Notes: generated by a model not told the origin, from the letters alone. A DNA stretch of 64,000 nucleotides from Nitrospirota bacterium (GCA_963751455.1 CAVVUN010000015.1:1504001-1568000), one strand, 5' to 3'. Positions 19,429-33,272 are shown, counted from the first letter of the stretch. Translations and numbers: made by a program.

Positions 19429-19880
19429 GACAAAATATTTAAAATAGTATACGGTAATTACAACTTTTTTCGTATTAGTGGTTATTTTGGGTTGTAAAAG
19501 TGGTCAACTCGCGAATTATCTGTAGCGGTTCGAGGCAGCGCACAGACAGCGAGTTTTCAATTCTCGGCAGTTTTTAGGAAAGAAACCGATGAATTTTTGA
19601 AAACCAGTGCTACAGATTTGAATACCCTAAAAATACCCCGACCCTATAAAAACATGAAACATCAAGATGTTAAAACGATATTTAATCCGTTGGCGCGCTC
19701 AACTTACAATTTGAAGTTGACGACAAATAAAAGAGGGACTATTGTTTGATACCATTCTTATAATAATATAATACTAAAGCTTCAACGCCGGCCAGTACGC
19801 GGTGCACCTGGGCAATTTATTATTTTTTACGATTAACAGCAGGTTTGTTATGCGGTAAGACTTCTTTGAGGAGGTCTGTC

Positions 19881-22800
19881 ATTAGACACCGAACTCTGTC
19901 CATAAGAACAGCATCGAACCCGCTTCCTGCATTACCGGCTACAGAAAAATCTACGGTCTCAACCTATCCTCGTCTTCTCGTCATAATCTCGGTGCTCTTC
20001 TTGGTATTTCTGCTGCCCTGCACCGAAGTATCCGCGGCCACCTATGTCAGCGGGACAATTTCCGCGAATACTACATGGACACTCGCCAATAGCCCCTACA
20101 TCGTCACAGGGGACATCTCCGTAAACGGTTCCACGCTCACGATCCAGGCCGGGGTAACGGTCAAGTTCGATCAATATGCGACACTCTTCATCGACGGGGG
20201 CGTGTTACGGGCAGTGGGGACTTCTTCAGCGCCTATAACCTTTACCTCCAGCGAAGCGAGCCCGACCCCCGGGTACTGGGGCGGCATCTTTTTTTCTGAC
20301 AGCACGGTGGGCACGAACACGTTGCTTCAGTACGTGACGGTTGAGTACGGGGGGGCGAACTACGGCAGCAACCTCTATATCTACTACGCGTCTCCCACGA
20401 TCAAGAACTGCACGATCCGGAAAAGCTCGGGTTACGGGATTTATACTTATGGCGGTTCACCTGTCATCCAGAACAACTCCATAAAGGAGAACTAGACAGC
20501 GGGGATATACGGCAACTCCGCCTCGTTCACGGCAACGGCGAACGCGATCACGAACAACGGCACGAACGGGATCCAGGATAACACGGGTTCTGCACTTTCA
20601 ATATCCGGGAACAGCATCTCGGGCAGCGGATCATACCCTGTGCGGATGTCGATCAAACAAAGCGGAAATGTAAACACCTATGGAACAAACGGCATCAACG
20701 CAGTGTATGTAGTTGGCGATACGGTAAGCCAGAGCCTGACGATGAAGAATACAGGCATTCCCTACATCGTCACGGCCGCCGACATCTACGTAAGCGGTTC
20801 CACGCTCACGATCGAGGCCGGAGTAACGGTCAAGTTCGATCAATACACGACGCTCTGGGTCGGTGAGAGCGGCGTGTTACGGGCAGTGGGGACTTCTTCA
20901 GCGCCTATAACCTTTACCTCCAGCGAAGCGAGCCCGACCCCCGGGTACTGGGGCGGCATCTTTTTTTCTGACAGCACGGTGGGCACGAACACGTTGCTTC
21001 AGTACGTGACGGTTGAGTACGGGGGGGCGAACTACGGCAGCAACCTCTATATCTACTACGCGTCTCCCACGATCAAGAACTGCACGATCCGGAAAAGCTC
21101 GGGTTACGGGATTTATACTTATGGCGGTTCACCTGTCATCCAGAACAACTCCATAAAGGAGAACTAGACAGCGGGGATATACGGCAACTCCGCCTCGTTC
21201 ACGGCAACGGCGAACGCGATCACGAACAACGGCACGAACGGGATTTACGACAGCACGGGTTCCGCACTTTCAATCTCCGGGAACAGCATTTCGGGCAGCG
21301 GATCGTACCCGGTCAGGATACCGATCAAACAGACCGGGAACGTAAACACCTATGGAACGAACGGCATCAACGCTGTATACGTCGTCGGCGGCACAGTAGA
21401 CCAGAGCCTGACGATGAAGAATACAGGCATCCCCTACGTTGTAGCGAGCGATATCAACGTAAGCGGTTCCACGTTCACGATCGAGGCCGGGGTAACAGTC
21501 AAGTTCGATCAATACGTGACACTGTTTGTCACTGACGGGGGCGTGCTGCGGGCAGTGGGAACGTCTTCCTCACTTATTACCTTTACTTCAAGCGAGTCGA
21601 GTCCGACCCCCGGGTACTGGGGCGGCATCTTTTTTTCTAACGCAGGCGCGAGCACGCTGCTTCAATACGCGACTGTGGAGTATGGAGGGGCGAACTACGG
21701 CAGCAACCTCTATATCTACTACGCGTCTCCCACAATCAAGAACTGCACGATCCGGAAAAGCTCGGGACACGGGATATTTGTCAATGGAAGCGGCGCAAAT
21801 CCTAATATATCCTATACCTTATTAACCGCCAACGTCAACGGTCTCTATGCCACAGGTTACGCAAATCCCGTTATTTCAACCAACGACATTATCAGCAATA
21901 CCGATTACGGGGTCTATAATGAGCCGTGGTCCACTGAAGTGAATGCCGAAAACAACTGGTGGGGACATGCCAGCGGTCCATATCATCCCACTTTGAACAG
22001 CGCGGGCCGCGGGAACAAGGTCAGTGATAACGTAGATTTCTCCCCCTGGAGAACGGTAAGCAGCGCGCAGGATGTCACTCCTCCAGCCGACCCGGTCGTT
22101 ACGAGCCAACTTGCCACGAAGAACAATCCGTACACCCTCGCAGGCACGAAGGAGGCCAATTCATCTATCTTCGTCAATAACACCCAGGTCATACCCGTGA
22201 ACTCCAGCACGACCTGGCAGTACCAAGTGACGCTTCAGGAGGGCCCGAACAGTTACTCCGTCAGTTCACGGGACTCCGCGGGCAACCCGAGCAATTCTAT
22301 AGACGTGACTGTCATCCTCGACACAAATGCGCCCACAATAGAAAGCTCTTTGCCTGCCGACAACGCCTGGGTGAAGACCTTGTCCACAGTGACGTTCGAT
22401 CTCAACGATTCCTATTCGACAATCAATTTTTCAACCACGTTCTCCGGCGCAAACATGAAGAACTCCTCCGGACAGGCGGTTGCAGGCTCATGGACCAGTT
22501 CCGGACCAAATAGGGCTGTATTCACTCCTTCCACTGCTTTGGCCAACGGCGCATATACTGTTACCCTATATCCGACCGACGCTCTCGCAAACAAGAGGAC
22601 AGTGACCATTGCTTTTACCCTGGATTCCGTGCCGCCCGCGCGGCCCACGATCGATCCCTTGACAGCGCCCGTTCTCAGCTCCGCAGTCGCTATTAGCGGT
22701 ACGAAGAGCCTTGATTCGACAGCGATTGTCGTCACTATTGATTGTGCCGGAGCAACGGTCTATGACGCATGGTATCCTGATGACCTCACATGGAGCACAG

Positions 22801-25800
22801 TCGTTTACGGACTCTGCGAGGGCAGCAACAAGATTACGGCCTTTGCAGTTGATGCGGCGAACAACTACAGCTCATCGGCGCAGATGACGTTTACCGTGGA
22901 TACCAGGCCTCCGGCTGACCCGGTTGTCAATACTCCCGTTTCACCGACCAAGCAGAGTTCGATAACCTTGACGGGAACAAAGGAAACGGGCTCGTATTTG
23001 TTTGTCAATTATGTAAATACCTCTGCAGCATATGCTGGTACGTCGTGGAGTTATGTCGTCAACCTTGATGAAGGGGAAAACTATATTGTTGTCTATGTCC
23101 AGGACGAAGCGGGGAACCCCAGCCAGTCCGTAATCTTGACCGTGGTCAAGGACACTACGGCACCCGAGATATCGTCTTCGACCCCGGCGGCCGACTCCTT
23201 TATTACCCAGGCGGACAGTATCGATATTTTGCTCTATGATGCGCACTCGTCCGTCAATTTGAATGCCTCGCTCAACGGCGCGTCAGTCAGGAACACAGCA
23301 ACAAATACCGCAGTTGGCGGCGCATGGAGCGTGCAGCAAGGGCGCCTTATTTTCACGAGAAACACGACCGTCGGCATGCCCGACGGAATCTATATGGTCA
23401 CCGTCAACCCCGTGGACGCTCTTGGAAATGCGCGCACTGCAAACTTTACCTTTACCCTTGATACGGCTCCCCCCGTTGTCCAGTCTTTCAGAATGGACCC
23501 GGCGAGCCCGCACAAGGCGGAAAACGTCTGGTTCACGGTCACCTTTAACGAAAATATGATGACGTCGGTGACTCCGACTGTAACATTCACGCGCGGGTTG
23601 TTCTTCAGCACCTATGGTGTTACGGAGGGGATGTGGATAAGCGGCGATACCTGGCAGGGAAATTATACATTAAAACCGGCTAACGGGGACGGCACATATG
23701 GCACATATACAGTAAAGATAATCGACGCCATGGATGCGGCCGGAAATATTATGGCTGACAAGTCCTTCCAGGATGCCTTTGTTCTCGATACCGTTGCCCC
23801 GAATCCTCCTGAACCGGCAGGAGTAGTTACTCCTACGAATGTCCCCAACCAGATTCTTACAGGAACCAAGCCGGCAGGGACCGCAATCTCGATCAACGGC
23901 ATCCAGATGGTGCCGGAGAATGCAAATACAACCTGGAGCTGCGATTATCCTCTTGGCGAGGGTGAGAATACGCTCAGTATCACTGCTCAGGACGCGGCAG
24001 GGAACGATTCTGCCCCCAGAACGGCTGTGATCGTTCTCGACACTACGCCGCCGCTGTTTACCATCAATCCGTATCAGAATCCGTCGCCTGTCGCAACGCA
24101 GACCCTGACCGGGTCCAAGGAGCCTGGTTCCATCGTGAAACTCAACGGAACACAGATTTTCGGCACGACGGACAACAGTACGACATGGTCATATTCCGTG
24201 AGAATGGGATCCGGCGTTACTCACCTGGTCTTCACCGCAGCCGATGCCCTCGGCAACACGCAGACTGAAATACTCGACATCCTCTACGACACTTCTGCGC
24301 CGCCGCCGCTCCTCCCGAATGTCCTCATTGCCGACGGAGCAGGTGATGGCACGGAAGTCAGCCTGTCATGGCCGGACTATCCCGCAACCGAGGACGTAGG
24401 ATATTATGCTGTGTACAAATCATCCGCGACCTTCAACAATGTTGCAGGAATGACGCCCATCGGTACAGTGACCAGTGGTATCGCAATGTATAAGGTTACA
24501 GGCCTGGTAAAAGGGACAACGTATTATTTTGCGGTCGTACCCGTGGACATGGCCGGGAACCAGACCAATACGGTTTATGCAGCGTCCGCAATTCCGATCG
24601 ACACCAAGGCCCCGGAAGAAGTGACTGATGCTGTTGCTCAGGCAGGTTATACCGCAACCCAGGGCAACTTCATCACTATTACGTGGACCCCGAGCATCAA
24701 CTCAACCGGTGATCTCGCCGGGCATATTGTGCGCCTGGACAGCGGGAACGGATATGACTCAGGCACGCCGCTCGGTAAGACCGCTACTACCTACACCAGG
24801 ACCGGGCTCAGCGATGCAACCTGGTATAAGTTTAAGATATCTGTCAAGGACACTGCCGGCTATGAAAGTGACGGCGTTATCATTGAAGCAGTCACGAGAC
24901 TGAATAATCCTTCGAATCTGAAGGCTGTACCGGGCACCGATAAAGTCACGCTTAGCTGGTCCCCGGTTATCTCTGCATACGTCAAGCAGTACAACATTTA
25001 TCGCGCGGACGGCGCCACAGCCCGCACCGACATCAGCGGTATGACCCGCATCGGCACAGCGTCCCCGGCCGATTCCGGCTATATCGACACCGGCGCAGTC
25101 AACGACTCCACCTATCAGTATGCGGTGACTGTTGAAAATATCTCCGGAGCGGAGCGGACCAGCGTCCAGAGCGTGAGCGCAACTCCACGGACCGACTCCT
25201 CGGGCCCGGTGATCGACACGTTCAGCCTTGCCGCCGGCCAAGTCGTTTCATCGCCCATAACGATTACGGCGACTGCTCACGATGCCGACAGCACAATGGG
25301 CTGGATGGAGCTTTCGATAGATGGCACCGTTGTCTCGACACAGGAGGGAGAAAGCGCATCGTACGTCTGGAACGTGGCGGCCGTGAGCGACGGCAACCAC
25401 GTGGTCAAAATCAAGGCCGTTGACGGCAAAGAAAAATTTACTGAAATAGCGCGTACGGTCATCGTGAGCCTGGCCCAACCTGCGATGCCTGCGATAACCG
25501 ACCATGTTGTTTCCCAGACCACCCCGACATATATGGTAAGCGTCTCCGGTACGGCCCCGCTCTTCACAACGGTCATCCTTAAAGTGAACGGTGTCGTGGT
25601 AGGTCAGACGCCTGTTTCTCCCAACGGCGAAGTGGGTGTGTTTACCTTTGATACAATAGCGCTTAAAGAGGGAGACAATGTCTTATCGGTCAAGGCAAGC
25701 CACCGAGGGGGTGACAGTGCATATAGTCCCGCGTACCACGTCCTGGTGGATACCGGCGCTCCGCCCGCGCCCCAGAACCTTGCAGGTCAGGTACAACCGG

Positions 25801-28800
25801 GCGGTCTCATACGCTTCTCCTGGACCAGTCCGGCAGGAGAGATGCCGACAGGCTACAATCTGTACACGAGTTCCTCTTCCTTCAGCTCGAAGAACGATCC
25901 AGGTGTGACAAATACGGACGCATCACCGGTTACGCACCAGTATAAGGAATACAACCCCGGAGACGATGACCTTAGATACTACGCAGTCACGGGTATTGAT
26001 GGGGCTGGAAACGAAAGCCCGATATCGAATGTAATCTCGATTTCTTCGGACAGGACAGCCCCTGCTGTCCTGACAAGCGTACAATATACTTGAATTTTGA
26101 CATCATCACATTTTGAATCCCGTCACCGGTCATCGGAACCGTCAAGGTCTCGATAACTGTCAGCGAGCCTCTCAAAGAAACTCCGTTCTTCAGCCTCGAG
26201 CCGGAGGATGGGTCGGTTATCGTCGTGACCATGACCAGAGAATCTCCTCGCCCCTTGCGGGAGAGGGCGGGGGCGACGGGGAAGTCTACGAAGGCTCCTT
26301 TACGATTACGGCACAGAGCCCGACATGGACCGACAATGTATAAATTCTCGGGCAAGGACATGCTCGGGAATCGCGGCAATGCGGAGGGAACCGGCATTAT
26401 GATCGATGTGAAAGGTCCCGAGGCCTCAATCACGTCGCCCATGACTGCGCTCCGGATTACCACGGCTCCTGTGGCGGTGAGCGCCGTGCTTAGCGAAGCT
26501 TCAATCGGCACACCCTCGCTTACTCTCAAGGCAGAAGACGGTACAACCTCACTCGTAAGCGGCATGACATCAACGGACAACGGCGTTCACTGGACCGGTA
26601 CGATGAACATCTCCGGTATGCCCGAAGGCAAGGCAGAGTTCATCCTGGGCAACACAGCAGACCAGCTAGGGAACATCGGAACAGAGGTATCATCCGGAAG
26701 ATATATACTGGTTTATCAAGATGTCGTGCCGGCGCCCGGCGTTCCTGAAGGGCTTGCGGCAACATCCGAAAAAGCAGGCGCTGTTACGCTCACCTGGTAT
26801 CCGGTCAGCTATGAGTTTTCGTCGGTCGGCGGACAACAGGCAACAGTTACATACAATCTGTATCGTCGGGCAGAAGGAGAATCAAGTGCAACGAGGGTCC
26901 AGACGGGTATAGGTTCTTTAAATCCGCAATCCGGTGGCACCCAGCAGTCAACAATGACGCAGGACATTCCTCCTGCGGACGGCATTTACTATTATCTCCG
27001 TTACGGCTGTGGGCCTCCTGGGAAGCGAGGGCCCTGCATCCCCTGAAATTCGGGCATCCTCTGACAGGACCGGTCCTCCGGCGCCTGCTAACCTGTTGCT
27101 CTCTCTTGGCAGCGACGGCATCACCGCGACCTGGGACGCAGTCGTTGATTATCCATCCGAAATCGGCAATCCGCAATCCGCAATGCCTCTCAAGGGTTAT
27201 CACCTCTACCGGTCGAACGGACCGTTTGCTTCAACTTCGGACCTTACACCAATAGCTCTGGCCGGCAGCAATACCGCTGTGGACACGTCGCCATCTAAAG
27301 AATATCGCTTCTATGCGGTTGCGGCTGTTGACAGCCTCGGTAACGAAAGCACGCTTTCCGCGGTCAAAGACATCGACTTCCCGGTTTCTCCGGTAAGGGA
27401 CCTCGTGCTTCAGTGGATCGATGCCGGAGCGCCGATACTCACCTGGCTGGCGCCGCAGGACGGAACTGTCGCAGGCTACCACATCTACCGGAACAGAAGC
27501 CGCATCACTCAGAACCCGGTATTGGATCTTTCTTATACAGAAACCTATGCCGTCGTCAATACTATTTACGGCGTGTCCGTTGTGGACGACCTCGGGAATG
27601 AAAGCCCGATCAAGGAGGCAACCCTCCCGAACCTGGCGCTGAAGCTTAAGGACGGCACCTCGCTCAGGAGGGCAGTGCTCGAAACATTGTCCGTAATTCT
27701 GACATCAGGCCCGGGTGCAGGATTTACCATAGATTCTCTAGACGTCAAAATCGGCAATGCTCCGGTCAGCTCGTTACAGGGGCCGTTCACGCTTGGTTCT
27801 AATACCACTCTGCAGCTTGAAAAAACAGGAGCCACGGCAGCCAACGCGGTTTCGCCGGTGTCGGTTTACATCCAGGCAAACTGGTCTCCTTCGCCGGGCG
27901 TTACCATCAATCGCGGCAAGACCACATCAGCTACGGTCCTGGGGTCGAGCACGAGCCTTGAAATATTCAATGATCCGATTGTCCGGAGCACGGACGCCAA
28001 AGTACGGCTCAAAATAAATAATATCGGCACCGCGCAGATGGAGGTTGTGACAAGCGAAGCCGGCGGCGTAACCCATAAAGTGAAAGTCAATCTGAAGGAC
28101 CAGGACGGCAATCTCCTGTCAACCGGCTACCTTGATCAGCGTATCGGTGCTTTAATTGTAAACAGCGCGGAATACGCTGTTGCGCGGATCAACCCGAACG
28201 AAACTTTCATGACCGACCCGATTCTTCTGCCCGTGCCTGCTTCAGCCCCGAATAAAGTGATCGTCGAGGCAGTGGTCGAGAATACCTATTATCACTACTC
28301 AAGGCCGGACCAGGTCACTGCCCCGGGAATGAAGGGCTCAGCGGAGGCTTATATCCAGGAGACGGCATACAGGGCCGTTGCAGCGCCGGATAAGACCTTC
28401 TATACCATGGGCCAGCCGGTGGTCATCAGCGGATCAGCCATCAGCAATGAGCCGTCAGACAACAACCGGCTGGTGCCGAACGTGCCTGTGAAACTCGGCA
28501 TTTCAGTCAAGGGTTTCGACCGGTTCTACACTGTCACAACAGACAGCCAGGGACGATTCTCCTACACCTTCAGTCCAGGGAGCAACGAGGCAGGGGATTA
28601 TAGTATCTGGGCAGTGCACCCCGATATTACGGACAGGACCGTGCAAGCTGTTTTCTCATTAGCAGGGCTTTCCATAAATCCGTCTGCGGCCAATGTCAAA
28701 ATGGCCAGGAACCGCACACAAGACATACCGGTTACACTCGAGAACTACGGCGGAGGAACATTGTCGAGCATTACGTTTGAGACGTCATCAAGCGCAGGCG

Positions 28801-30296
28801 TCACTGCCGAGGTTATCGCTCCGTCTGCTCCAGAGGGCGGATTTATGTTGAGCGCAGGAGATAACAATGGAACTTACCTTCCGCATCTCCACTGATTCCA
28901 CGGCTCCTGACACAGTTTGGCCACGATGACGGCGCGGACGGCTCAGGACGTGTCAGTCAGCCTCACTGCAAACATCACTATTGTGAGCGTTATCCCGGTC
29001 ATCAGCACCACGCCGTCCTATATCGACACCGGTATGGTGCGTGGAGAGCAGAAGACCGACAGCTTCACACTTATGAATGTTGGTGAAGAGACGCTCAGGA
29101 ACGCCAGGATCGAAGGCCCGTCCACATCGTGGATGCGTCTTACCCGGGACAAGACGATAGGAGATATTGCTGCGGGTGGATCGGTCTCTGTCGGTTTTAT
29201 GTTCAGTCCACCGGACACACTTGCTCAGGGAGTTTATGAAGATAAAATTATAATTTATTCCGACAACCACATGCCATACAATTGCTTTATCCAGGTCACG
29301 GTGACGTCAACTGCCGTCGGCGACATCCTTTTCGATGTCCTGAACGAACTGATGCAGGACGTATCCGGCGCAACCATCACGTTCCAGAACCAGACCGTGT
29401 ACGAACTTATCTATACCGTCAATACCGAATCGGACGGGACGGTGATGAAGTACGATATTCCCGAGGGAAGGTATCTCTTCAATATCTCGGCTCCAAATCA
29501 CAAGCCAACGTCAGGTACATTTACGATAAGTCCCGGCCTGACTACAATGGTCTCGATCGCCCTTCAGGTGAACCTTGTCGACATCCAGTGGTCGGTCACA
29601 CCGGTAGTTATCGAAGACCGGTATGAGATAACAGTCAGCCAGACATTCGCCACGAATGTACCCGTGCCGGTCCTGGTCACGGAACCGCCGCTTGTGACCC
29701 TGCCTGTTCTTGAACCGGGACAGGTGTTCAATAGCGAATTCACGGTCACCAACAACGGCCTTATTGCGGCGGAGAACGTGATCATGAACTTTCCGACGAG
29801 TTTCAGTGAATATGATCTCGAAATTCTTTCAACCATACCGAAGACCCTTGCGGCACAGCAAAAAGTCGTTGTCTTGTACCGGGTGACGAGAAAGCCGACC
29901 ACAACTGCCATGAACCTCGAGGCAGAAGAGGCGGCTACTTCATATCCTTACGCCTCGCTCTTTACCGAGATCATGGGCTACGGCGGGACCTGCACAATGG
30001 CTACCGTGATCGGCGTTTCCGGCACCTATGAAATGTGCCCGAATACTGCGAACGAGTCCACGGGTTCGGCCGGTACAGGCCATACGATCGTGGCGCAGTA
30101 TGAATGCGGTGACAGTGGGTCGGCCATTGTATCCCTTCCGATTCCGAATATAGGAACCGTAGGCGGCTGGACGCAGAGCGGCGGAGGAGGCGGCGGCAGC
30201 GGACAAGGCGGCGGCATCGGCGGCGCGCCGATAACGCCTCTGGAGGATGACTGCTTCAGCCCGCCTCCACCATGTAGCTCACAATGTTGTAATTAA
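19881..30296 (+). pseudogene. Disrupted giant secreted/surface protein (beta-helix repeats, Ig-like and FN3 domains; ~3470 codons)
   Basis: Signal peptide ending VSA; ORF pieces 19845-20495, 20640-21167, 21414-26093, 26225-27046, 27009-28895 and 28917-30296 read as one protein; two in-frame TAGs, several indels, and ATT at the expected start after aggagg. Confidence 0.8.
20199..21244 (+). repeat. Internal tandem repeat, period 672 nt, with a 374-bp identical core
   Basis: 20199-20572 matches 20871-21244; a third, diverged copy lies at about 21430-21770. Confidence 0.9.
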
Positions 30297-31648
30297 TGTT
30301 TCCGGCGGTGGCGGCGGGCCTTGGTAAAGGTCGTAGAGCCGAATGAATCATGATGAGGAGCAGATAGTGAAAAAGATAAGAAGACGGAGAGAAAGTTGCC
30401 TGTTATCTACAGTATCATTTCTGACGTTTCTCATGATAATATCCGGGACGAGCAAAGCCGCCGAAGTTGTGCCTGTTCCATATAATGAGAGCAGGTCGAC
30501 AACAAAGCCACGCCCAACGGTCGAGACTGGCAGCGAAGTTGAATACTCGTCCGGCACATATCACTTCACCGAAACGGACCTCCGGGTCTCCAGCCGAAGC
30601 ATTCCCATGGTATGGGACCGGAGCTACCGGTCCAGCCGGATCATGAAGAACAGCAACGGATCGTGGGAATGGGCAGCGCTTCCTGACGGCCGCCTGGGAT
30701 ATGGCTGGAATAATATCTGGCTCAGCAGGATCTCGGGCGACGCCTATATTAACGCTGAAGGAAGATATTTCTATTTCACTACGGACGAAAACGGAGAGTA
30801 TCTGTTCAATATGAAGGCAGGGTACACTCTTAAAAAGACAGACTCCGGCTATGAATTGCTTGAAAAAGACGGGAATACCTATACGTTCGATGCAAACGGC
30901 AAACTTACATCGATCAAAGAATGCTCCGTTCACAATTCCAGCCGAAGGGACGCATACGATCAACTATTACAGCAAGGACAATGTAACGAACACAGAGACC
31001 TACAAGACGCTTACCGTGATCGTGGACAACACATCACCAGTATCAACCATAACGGTCGGTACGCCTCAATACCGGTCTGACGGAAAACTTTATGTGGGCG
31101 GTAGCACAGGAATAACGATAGAGGCATCCGATGTGGTCAGCGGAATAAAAAGGACTGAGTACAGTATAGACGGAGGCGACTGGAACGCGTACGTTGCCCC
31201 ATTCACGCTGACATCATATACTGACGGCACTCACACCGTCCAGTACCGTTCGATTGATAATGTGACTAATCGGGAAGACACCCAAGAACTTGTCGTCGTT
31301 CTGGATACGACACCACCGCAGACAGTCATTTCGGCATCAGACGAGCTGATCGACGGCGTTATAAACGTAATTTCTCCGAAAACGTTCTTGACACTTACTG
31401 CCAATGATGTAAATTCAGGAGTAAAATCAATAGCTTATAGTATAAACGGTAGTGCATGGCAGGCGTATACAGGAAGCTTTAATTTTGCTGATGTAAGCGC
31501 TGGACAACACACGGTAGGGTTTAAAGCGACTGATAATGTACTGAATGAAGAGACTGAAAAAACCATAACCGTCCGCCTGGTCATCATCGAGGTGGAAAAG
31601 AAAATTGCGGTTGACTCCGTTGTCCTTGTAGGGTTCGAAAGCGATAAA

Positions 31649-33272
31649 CCTAAAAACGGCAGTTGAGTCTATTTTCACATTGGCTGAGGCAGCAAAGCTG
31701 GCGTCGAGAGGGGTTTCCCCTTCAGGATTTTGTTGAATGCACGGCTTAAGATCAACCTCCAACGTTCCGCCTGCGTCAACTGCTCCGCAGTTTCCCGGAG
31801 TCTTCTCAGAAACAGGGCGATCTCATTGAGCGTGCCCTGTATTTTCTCCGTCTTTGCGTGAGCGCTTGTAATGGTCACGGTAGTCTGGCTCTGGTGATAT
31901 GTTTGTTTGGCGACCGCATGAAGAAGCAACGGCCGGCTCGTAACAGCCTCCAGATGCTTGTCCGGTCGGGCGAGCCGCACAAAGAGGGACCACCAGTTGT
32001 AGATCAACGCCACGATCCGGGCCATATAGCCACAGCGTTTCAGATCTTTGGTCGTATAGCCTCCCCACCCCCACTGATTTTTCAGTTCATCGAAATTGTT
32101 CTCAGCATCGGCCCGATCCCGGTAGTGCTGCGCGATGGTAAGGACTTCGCCCGGAATGGTTGTGGCCAGCACTGCGTATTCATACCGCTTTGCGGTTCCA
32201 TTCGTCTCGACGAAACCAAGCTCCATCTGATCCTTGTCTTTCTCACTGATGACGACATCGCCCTTGAGCGCCCGTCGAAGTACGATGACGCGCCGCTTTA
32301 TCTTCCACCCCATAAGCTGAAGTTCTTCTTCCACACCTTCCCATCCCTGACCGGCTTGCTGCCAACCATTCCGCTGAAATGTCTTTTCGATGAGCTTCCG
32401 CACGTTTTTGGTGAGGCGGAGCTTGACCAGATAGGGCAGGCCTTTTGTTTCCGCCTGGGACATGAAGACGTCATTTCCCCAGCCTGAATCGCCCCGAAAA
32501 AACGCGGGCCAGTGACGTTTTGGAATGGAGCCCAGCAACTCCCACAAGCCCGGCGTGCTATAGCAGGTTGCGGTTTTGTTGCCCGCCTGTACCTCGACAT
32601 CCAGCACGAGCCGGGTGTTGGCCATCAGATAGCTGTGGTAGGTATGAGACGGCCTGCCAGGCTTGTGAGGATTATAGCCGACCACTGCGCCTTCCTGTTT
32701 CCCGTACAGCGGTTTTACCGTGGTGTCGCCATCCATGATCCAGGACACAGAAAGCAGCGCGTCATAACAACGCCTGACATGTTCCTTGAGCCAATGCACC
32801 CCCTGAGTTTCATCTATCTGGCGCAGGGCTTTTCGCACCGAGTCCTCACTCACGACGGCGGTCATGCCGAGCAGGCCGGGATTGACGTTGTCGCACCGAA
32901 CGTTCGTAATATGCGAGTAGCGATGGTGGCCGGCCAGAACAGACAATAACACCGTGCCCAGCACATCTCGCTTTTCCGGTGCATTGGGGCTTGTGTAGTG
33001 AAGCGGACAATCAGCAACCCAGGGATCGTAGAGACCGCCGGTCTTCAGAAAATCGATGAAAAATGCCATCTGTCCCAGTGGCGTAACGGCTGCAGTCGGA
33101 TCCCATTCTACGTGGATACGACCGCTGAACGTATCGACCGCAACTCCCTCTGGTTTCCGTGCAGACAACGATCTATTTGGTTCACCCATTGGGCGAGTCC
33201 TCCTCTTCGGGTTAATTGCTGCAATATCCATCAATTAACTTCGTTTGACAAGGACCAACTGCTCTTTTAAGG
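31649..33272 (-). mobile_element. IS1380-family insertion sequence (1624 bp)
   Basis: TIRs cctaaaaacggcagttg and caactgctcttttaagg; 5-bp target duplication ATAAA (31644-31648, 33273-33277). Confidence 0.9.
31675..33234 (-). CDS. IS1380-family DDE transposase
   Basis: MDGDTTVKPLYGKQEGAVVGYNP, FRGDSG and YRDRADAENNFDELK motifs. Confidence 0.9.
   Translation of the reverse strand: MMDIAAINPKRRTRPMGEPNRSLSARKPEGVAVDTFSGRIHVEWDPTAAVTPLGQMAFFIDFLKTGGLYDPWVADCPLHYTSPNAPEKRDVLGTVLLSVLAGHHRYSHITNVRCDNVNPGLLGMTAVVSEDSVRKALRQIDETQGVHWLKEHVRRCYDALLSVSWIMDGDTTVKPLYGKQEGAVVGYNPHKPGRPSHTYHSYLMANTRLVLDVEVQAGNKTATCYSTPGLWELLGSIPKRHWPAFFRGDSGWGNDVFMSQAETKGLPYLVKLRLTKNVRKLIEKTFQRNGWQQAGQGWEGVEEELQLMGWKIKRRVIVLRRALKGDVVISEKDKDQMELGFVETNGTAKRYEYAVLATTIPGEVLTIAQHYRDRADAENNFDELKNQWGWGGYTTKDLKRCGYMARIVALIYNWWSLFVRLARPDKHLEAVTSRPLLLHAVAKQTYHQSQTTVTITSAHAKTEKIQGTLNEIALFLRRLRETAEQLTQAERWRLILSRAFNKILKGKPLSTPALLPQPM

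Noticed and set aside
20095-21770. Repeats as a DGR template/variable pair
   Set aside because: Differences are not adenine-specific, all copies are in-frame coding, and there is no reverse transcriptase in the window
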